Shown piece by piece: positions 58,760-64,000 of a DNA stretch of 64,000 nucleotides. How positions within the stretch are numbered: the first letter of the stretch is position 1; the number at the start of each line of letters is the position of its first letter. The notes under the pieces are model-generated. The model had not been told where the DNA came from and ran no database searches. It saw nothing but the letters and a program-made list of their open reading frames with translations. The DNA is taken from NCBI GenBank assembly GCA_963700635.1, contig CAVOYH010000004.1, positions 832,001 to 896,000 on the forward strand, in the 5' to 3' direction. A program made the position numbers and the translations under genes. The DNA is from an uncultured Bacteroidota bacterium (GTDB taxonomy: Bacteria; Bacteroidota; Ignavibacteria; UBA10030; UBA6906).

Positions 58760-60598
58760 CTACGGCGTCACGGTCAACCCCAGCCACCACTGAAGCTGTT
58801 CCAGCTCGTGCCCGTTGAGGCCTTCGGTAAAGACCGGGACCACCAGAACCCGCGCCTGAAAAATAGGTGATGGAGAAAGCGTCAGGCCTGCCATAAACGT
58901 GGTCCTGATATCGCTTACCTGTTCGCGTGGCTGAGTGTACCGTTCTCCAAAGTTACTCCGTTCCTCCACCGTCCCGTTCTGATCCAGGTATTTGTAGTGA
59001 AACGCAGCCAGGGTGACATCATCAATTTCCCATCTCGTCATGTCCCGTGAAATACCGAGAAGAATCCCGGCGGCTTGTGATGCCTTGATGGTAACGAACA
59101 CCGGAATCCGGAAGCTCTGCCGTTTTGCGCTGAAGGTCCAGTACAGATGCTTCAGCTCGTCTGTTTGATGGCGCCATGCATAGGGATACCGGGGATGGTC
59201 ACTCGTGTAAGAGGAACTTCCGTGAACCTGGACATTTTCGACCGTCCGCGTTTCCCGTGAAGTAAACTCCAGCTGAGCGCCCAGCGACAGTGTGACCTTT
59301 GAGTCCAGATCCCATGTTACCGTTGCGAGAAAAAGATTTGTTGTGGATGACTCTTCCCCGCCACCGGCCCGGGTGTCGGAGAAACGGTAGTGTGAATTGC
59401 TGGTGACCGGATCGCCACTGTCTGTCCAGGTTCGCAGACTGTAGTTTGTGTCCATGATCGAAGCGGCGGTATGTAATTGCACCGAGGACCATTGCGGCCT
59501 GTAAAAGAGTGTCAGGGTTGTCCCGTTTGTAATGCGGGAGCGGAATTCAAGGCCAAATTGTGAGGTCCTCCCCTCGTGGCGCCAGTGCTGATATTTGTGC
59601 GTTGACCGGTCGTACAAACTCTTCCATGACGTGTAGGATGAGGAATAGTACGCAGTGTCAAGGTTTGTTTTTGATTGTGTTGTTGATCCCCAGAGGTGAC
59701 CGCCCGAGATGCCGAGTGTCGATTTCTCGCTCAGGCGCAGGAGGAAACCTCCAGCCAGCTCCCAGTGGCCGTATCCCTGATCTCTTTTTTCGTCGTTCGC
59801 CCAGAGGGATATCGAATTGTAGGAACCGGAGTATGAATTCCAGAGGTTGGATGATCCCAGGGCCCCGCTCCGATCAAAGATTACGCGGCTTACCTTGAGT
59901 CCCACATCGAGGCGATCCAGAAAGGTCTGCCTGGCGAACAACGAGATGAAGTGCCCGTTCTGGTGCATGTTGTCCTGGCCGCTGTATTTGTCCACGATGG
60001 GCATTTCGGACGCGTCAAGGGCGGTAGTCCGGCCGGCGTAATCGGCGCCCACGACCGAGCGGTAGATATCCTGCGGGACGTCGTAATATTTCTGGTCCTG
60101 CATCACCAGCTGATACGTTGCTCCCAGGAGGAGCGCAGGCGCAAAGCCTGAGAACGGGCGGCCGATATATGCGCCGGAAAACACCGGCTCAAGTTCCCTC
60201 CGGTTCTGCAGGTACACCTGCGGGTAAGGAATATACGCCGCATCATACGATGTTGTCCTATACCAGGGATATACGAAGTCAGGCTTGGTCGTCACGTTGC
60301 GCGCTGCCCGGAAGTCTGTGTAGAGCATCATGTCGCCGCGGGTGCTGTCAAGCCGGAGATGAGCGGGGTTCAGGACAAGGTCAAGCAATGGATCGCGCAG
60401 GACGCCGGGCGTTGTTCCGGCAAATTGTCCCAGTCCGTAGGGAATAACATTGCTCGGCACAAAGAAGAAGTCCGTCTGTTCAAACCCCTTCTGCAGTACG
60501 CGTTCCCCGTAATACTGGCTCTGCGCGGTCACAACTGCAATGCCGATCAGGAGTGTGAGTATCCCCGCCCGGATTCGATTACGTTCATGTCGGTTCAT
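58760..60598 (-). CDS. Hypothetical secreted protein, probable outer membrane beta-barrel (612 aa)
   Basis: Signal peptide ending AQS|Q; many alternating amphipathic strands; ends WWLGLTVTP. Confidence 0.7.
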   Translation of the reverse strand: MNRHERNRIRAGILTLLIGIAVVTAQSQYYGERVLQKGFEQTDFFFVPSNVIPYGLGQFAGTTPGVLRDPLLDLVLNPAHLRLDSTRGDMMLYTDFRAARNVTTKPDFVYPWYRTTSYDAAYIPYPQVYLQNRRELEPVFSGAYIGRPFSGFAPALLLGATYQLVMQDQKYYDVPQDIYRSVVGADYAGRTTALDASEMPIVDKYSGQDNMHQNGHFISLFARQTFLDRLDVGLKVSRVIFDRSGALGSSNLWNSYSGSYNSISLWANDEKRDQGYGHWELAGGFLLRLSEKSTLGISGGHLWGSTTQSKTNLDTAYYSSSYTSWKSLYDRSTHKYQHWRHEGRTSQFGLEFRSRITNGTTLTLFYRPQWSSVQLHTAASIMDTNYSLRTWTDSGDPVTSNSHYRFSDTRAGGGEESSTTNLFLATVTWDLDSKVTLSLGAQLEFTSRETRTVENVQVHGSSSYTSDHPRYPYAWRHQTDELKHLYWTFSAKRQSFRIPVFVTIKASQAAGILLGISRDMTRWEIDDVTLAAFHYKYLDQNGTVEERSNFGERYTQPREQVSDIRTTFMAGLTLSPSPIFQARVLVVPVFTEGLNGHELEQLQWWLGLTVTP

Positions 60599-60643
60599 CG
60601 ATGGCCTTTGTCTTCGGTGATTCTTAGCGTACCTGTCTTCATT

Positions 60644-61000
60644 CTAGCGAGTCCTATGATCTTTCCACACGAGAACTTCTGCGCTACGTTCTTTGAAGAA
60701 ATCGGGGCACCGCCCGTCTCCGTTTCCGGCGATCCCGCCATCGGGATGAGCGATAATGATCCCCGTATCGTCATACAACTCACTGTACTGATCACAACAC
60801 TGTGGTGGAACAAAATACACCGTATTGCCCTTGTACTGGTATTGCCAGATGGACTGGGGTGGATCGCCGACGGGAGCGGCGGCAAACTCGTCGATCAGGT
60901 TGTAGACCCAATCCGGATGTGCCGGTTGTGTGGCTACCAGATCTTCACATCCGGGACCGGTGATCATGCACGTCAGCACAAGCACAGCAAAGACTTTCAC
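60644..61000 (-). CDS. DUF6970-like small lipoprotein
   Basis: GAGGAGAGG SD, GTG start, Cys after signal peptide (GPGC), IWQYQYKG..VY...CCDQ...LYD...PDGGI.G.GDG.CPDF. Confidence 0.78.
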   Translation of the reverse strand: MKVFAVLVLTCMITGPGCEDLVATQPAHPDWVYNLIDEFAAAPVGDPPQSIWQYQYKGNTVYFVPPQCCDQYSELYDDTGIIIAHPDGGIAGNGDGRCPDFFKERSAEVLVWKDHRTR

Positions 61001-61248
61001 GGTATCCTCTCCTCTTCGTGTATGGGTGTAACGACCTTTTTTCATTTGTCTTACCGAATCAGGTGCATCATGCCCGTCGCCGAAATAGACACGGCCGCCT
61101 GACGGTACCGGTCCACCCGGTCGTGACACAGGCCAGCATGACGAACGGTATGGCACGTAACCCTCTCATGATGTCCTCCGAACTACTCCCGTCTATGATG
61201 ATTGATTCCCGTACATCCGGGTGCGACACCGGAAAACAGTTTCTGCTC

Positions 61249-61794
61249 TTACGGGGGAAGAGCCACCACCAGCGACGACGAGTACTTGTATGCCACCACA
61301 TACTCAAAAGTTCCGGGTTCAGTGCCGCACCCGGAGCAACCGGTTTTCGTGCCAGAGCTGCCCGTTCCTGTAACCGCTCGTGCCGATGCTGAATCAGGCC
61401 GGAACGGATCACTCATGATCATGGGGCGCCCGGTGACAATCTGGCCGAGGCGGAGGGAGTCTGCCCTGAGGTCCAGACTGCTTGACACCATGAACCTCCC
61501 ATCCATATCCGTAACCCCGATTGGCCTGTTACCGGTACCGGTAAAACCACGGACAACCCGGAATGTGCTGTCGTAGGAAGTACGGGCAAGCAAAAAGACC
61601 GTGACATCTGCCGCCGGAGTCCCGTCTGACCACGTGATCATACCGTCCACAGTGTACATGTGATACGGAGGCGCAATCGGAGAGGTTCCGAGAACAAATG
61701 GAAGGAGGAAAATAGCGACCACGCCGATCACCGGATATGTGCCGGATCCAAAACGCTTCATGCGTTGGGGCTTTGGTGTTGCATTCATGACCAT
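61249..61794 (-). CDS. Hypothetical exported beta-sandwich protein with C-terminal CxxC
   Basis: Hydrophobic N-terminus, VDG.I...DGTP....V.L and TDMDGRF (transthyretin/carboxypeptidase-regulatory-like), GCSGC. Confidence 0.65.
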   Translation of the reverse strand: MVMNATPKPQRMKRFGSGTYPVIGVVAIFLLPFVLGTSPIAPPYHMYTVDGMITWSDGTPAADVTVFLLARTSYDSTFRVVRGFTGTGNRPIGVTDMDGRFMVSSSLDLRADSLRLGQIVTGRPMIMSDPFRPDSASARAVTGTGSSGTKTGCSGCGTEPGTFEYVVAYKYSSSLVVALPP

Positions 61795-61796
61795 GC

Positions 61797-63998
61797 TCAG
61801 AACGTAAATGTCACGCCAACAACCGGAAAAAGCGGGAAGAGCCGGATTTCCCTCAGTCGCGCACGCCAGAGGAACCTTGAATCGGATCCCGGACTTTGCA
61901 ACTCCTGGACGATGGGGTCCAGAAGACCGTACCCGTTGATAAACTGGAGGGATGCGCGGCCCGCGACGCTTCCGATTGAGAACCGATGGATGATCTGCAA
62001 TTCCAGACGCTGGAATCCCGGGAACCTGCTTCCGTTTACGTCAAAATCCCCTATTGCAAGGCTTCCTCTTCCGCCCTGTACGTCAACCTCACCACCTACG
62101 TATGTGTTGGAGGCGGACACGTTACGTTCATCGGTTTCACCTGCAGGCAGGACAGCCAGCACACTCAGTATCCAGTCCGGGTGCGGCATATACGCAAGGG
62201 TGCCGTGGAATTCATGGCGGCGGTCGAATTGAGGCGCGTACGGTATCCCACCATTATGTTCGGCAAATGTCTGGTCGGTCCATGCCAGAGTATAGCTGAG
62301 AGAGCCGCTGAAAAGACCCGACCGTTTCCGGAGGGAGAGATCGACGCCATAGGACCTACCTGACCCCGTGATGATGTAGTCCGTGAGATCAAGATAACCC
62401 GCTTCAACCCCGGCCCATTGCACGTCGTGCAGGTTATGGATTGCGCGATAGAAGCCTTCGGCAAACAACGTTACGTCGGAGTTCTGGATATCCTGTTGTG
62501 CCCCGACCGAGAACCGGAGGGAGGTCGTGGGTGAAATGCCGGCCCCGGAAGGGTACCAGAAAACTGTTGGATAGTACTGGAATACGCCGCTATTCCGGTA
62601 CGGATGCAGGAACTGATTCACTGAGGTGATGGAGGCAAAGAGACGCGTCCTTTCGGATAGGTCAAACAGGACGGAGAATCTCGGATCCACGCCGGAGAAT
62701 GATCCTGAGGAGGATGTGAATGATGTCGCTCGAATTCCCAATTCAGCCTGAACGCCGTCCAGGATGGCCCACCGATCCTGGCCGTAGAGTGACAATTCCC
62801 ACACACCACGGTCCTGCAAAGAGTACGGTGCGAGTTGGGTGTCAAACCGACTCAGTCCCCCTGTGATGCCGTGCCGGACGATCTCGATTCCACCGCGTAC
62901 GGTGTGGAATTGATCGTAGAAATGCTCGGCATGCGCGCGCACGGCGAAGTCTTCTATGGCGTAGGTGGAGTTTAGCGAACTCGTTGCTCCTATCCCGGGG
63001 ATCTCCGGCGGTGCATGATTGACCGAGAATGTATAACGTGTGTAGATGGTGGAGGCATGCACGAATGTTGACGGGGACACAATGCTCAACCACCGGAGAT
63101 TCAGTGCCGTGTTCCCCCACACGAAGCTATTTGTCATCCGGAAACCGTTCCCTTCGGCGTCCGCGTTGTACCGGTCACTTCCGACGTACCCGCTGAATGA
63201 CAACCGAGAATGTCCCGAAATACGGTGGCTCACCTTCGTGATGAGTTCCAGTGATCCCAGCTTGCTTGGCACACCGTGGTCAGAGAGATTCGGCACAAAA
63301 CCAATCGAGTAGCCCCGGCGCCCGGAGAGGAGAAACGTTGTTGATGGGTCGAGCGGGCCTTCGAAAGAAAGTTGTGAGCCCAGGAACCCTGTCCCGACAC
63401 TGCCTGAAAACCGTTCGCGGGTTCCGTCGCGGAGCGATAAATCCAGGATGCCCCCAATTCGCCCGCCATAGGAAGGCGGAAGGCCGGATGTACTTATCTC
63501 AACGTCGTTGAGTGCCTCCGGGTGGAAGGAGCTGAGTACTCCGCCGTAGTGGGCCGGATTGTATATCCGGGCACCATCAAGAAGATACTCGTTCTGATCG
63601 GTTGGGGCGGATCGGATAAAAAGCCCGCGGGACAAGCCTGCAGTGGCCGAACTCGCCATGCGCTGTCCCTCGATCGTGACTTCCTCGAGCGAGATACTCT
63701 CCTGTCTGAGCGCGACATCCTGTGTCAGAGGTTCACTGGTGCCACTCTGAATGGGCAGCACGGCCGCGTGGTAGCCGACGGAACGAACTTCGATAACGTA
63801 CTCGCCGGGTGGTACACGCTGCAACGAAAAGAATCCGAATGAGTTGGTGGGGCACCAGCGCACAACCGATGACTCTCCGGCAGTGTCCTTCCGTCGCAAA
63901 ACCACACTGGCACCGGCCAGCGTGTTTCCCGTCACCGAATCGATCACGGTGCCCGCTATCACAGCCGTGGGGCGAGCGGTTAATGCAGGCCTCCGTCG
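61797..63998 (-). CDS. TonB-dependent receptor with carboxypeptidase-regulatory-like N-domain; 5' end outside the window
   Basis: GTVIDSVTG..L.GA, DQNEYLLDG..IYNP.H, YGGRIGG, DPRFS, G.SYGVD, DRRH, C-terminal TFTF. Confidence 0.9.
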   Translation of the reverse strand, partial: RRRPALTARPTAVIAGTVIDSVTGNTLAGASVVLRRKDTAGESSVVRWCPTNSFGFFSLQRVPPGEYVIEVRSVGYHAAVLPIQSGTSEPLTQDVALRQESISLEEVTIEGQRMASSATAGLSRGLFIRSAPTDQNEYLLDGARIYNPAHYGGVLSSFHPEALNDVEISTSGLPPSYGGRIGGILDLSLRDGTRERFSGSVGTGFLGSQLSFEGPLDPSTTFLLSGRRGYSIGFVPNLSDHGVPSKLGSLELITKVSHRISGHSRLSFSGYVGSDRYNADAEGNGFRMTNSFVWGNTALNLRWLSIVSPSTFVHASTIYTRYTFSVNHAPPEIPGIGATSSLNSTYAIEDFAVRAHAEHFYDQFHTVRGGIEIVRHGITGGLSRFDTQLAPYSLQDRGVWELSLYGQDRWAILDGVQAELGIRATSFTSSSGSFSGVDPRFSVLFDLSERTRLFASITSVNQFLHPYRNSGVFQYYPTVFWYPSGAGISPTTSLRFSVGAQQDIQNSDVTLFAEGFYRAIHNLHDVQWAGVEAGYLDLTDYIITGSGRSYGVDLSLRKRSGLFSGSLSYTLAWTDQTFAEHNGGIPYAPQFDRRHEFHGTLAYMPHPDWILSVLAVLPAGETDERNVSASNTYVGGEVDVQGGRGSLAIGDFDVNGSRFPGFQRLELQIIHRFSIGSVAGRASLQFINGYGLLDPIVQELQSPGSDSRFLWRARLREIRLFPLFPVVGVTFTF

Positions 63999-64000
63999 CA

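Noticed and set aside
1-64000. Mobile elements, defence systems, rRNA and tRNA genes
   Set aside because: No transposase, integrase, phage, restriction-modification, toxin-antitoxin or structural RNA signature other than tmRNA was recognised

Overview
GC-rich chromosomal window, most consistent with an Ignavibacteria/Chlorobi-type (FCB group) bacterium. The evidence is an FPNPFNPST-type T9SS sorting domain, the tmRNA tag ADYNYALAA and canonical -35/-10 promoters; the taxonomy is an inference. The window appears to span the replication terminus: a 28-bp dif site (36891-36918) overlaps the purL stop codon, and gene orientation switches there from mostly + to mostly -. The left half carries a nucleoside-salvage operon (cdd-tdk-nupC-punA), rpe, lrp-glnA, apt, a TetR-TolC-MFP-RND efflux operon, tnaA, a hemerythrin/DUF971/flavin-reductase cluster, an M28 peptidase, mutS2, biotin carboxylase/BCCP, fadL and purL. 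The right half carries dapF, tmRNA, three genes broken by four single-base insertions within 2.3 kb (probably assembly errors), SpoIID, signalling proteins, cysE, a TtoA-like small beta-barrel, GH3 and GH127 hydrolases, uncharacterised envelope proteins and a partial TonB-dependent receptor. The most striking item is a Sec-exported octaheme c-type cytochrome with a C-terminal T9SS sorting domain (51687-53099), a candidate for surface-displayed electron transfer without a large porin. Other oddities are a six-unit degenerate 26/29-bp tandem array between convergent stop codons, 31-bp-phased repeats at the lrp-glnA promoter, several leaderless promoters, an output-less REC-PAS-GAF-PAS-PAS protein and a small zinc-ribbon ORF. 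No CRISPR array, rRNA, tRNA, integrase or transposase was seen. All family assignments are from motif recognition by eye; no database search was run.
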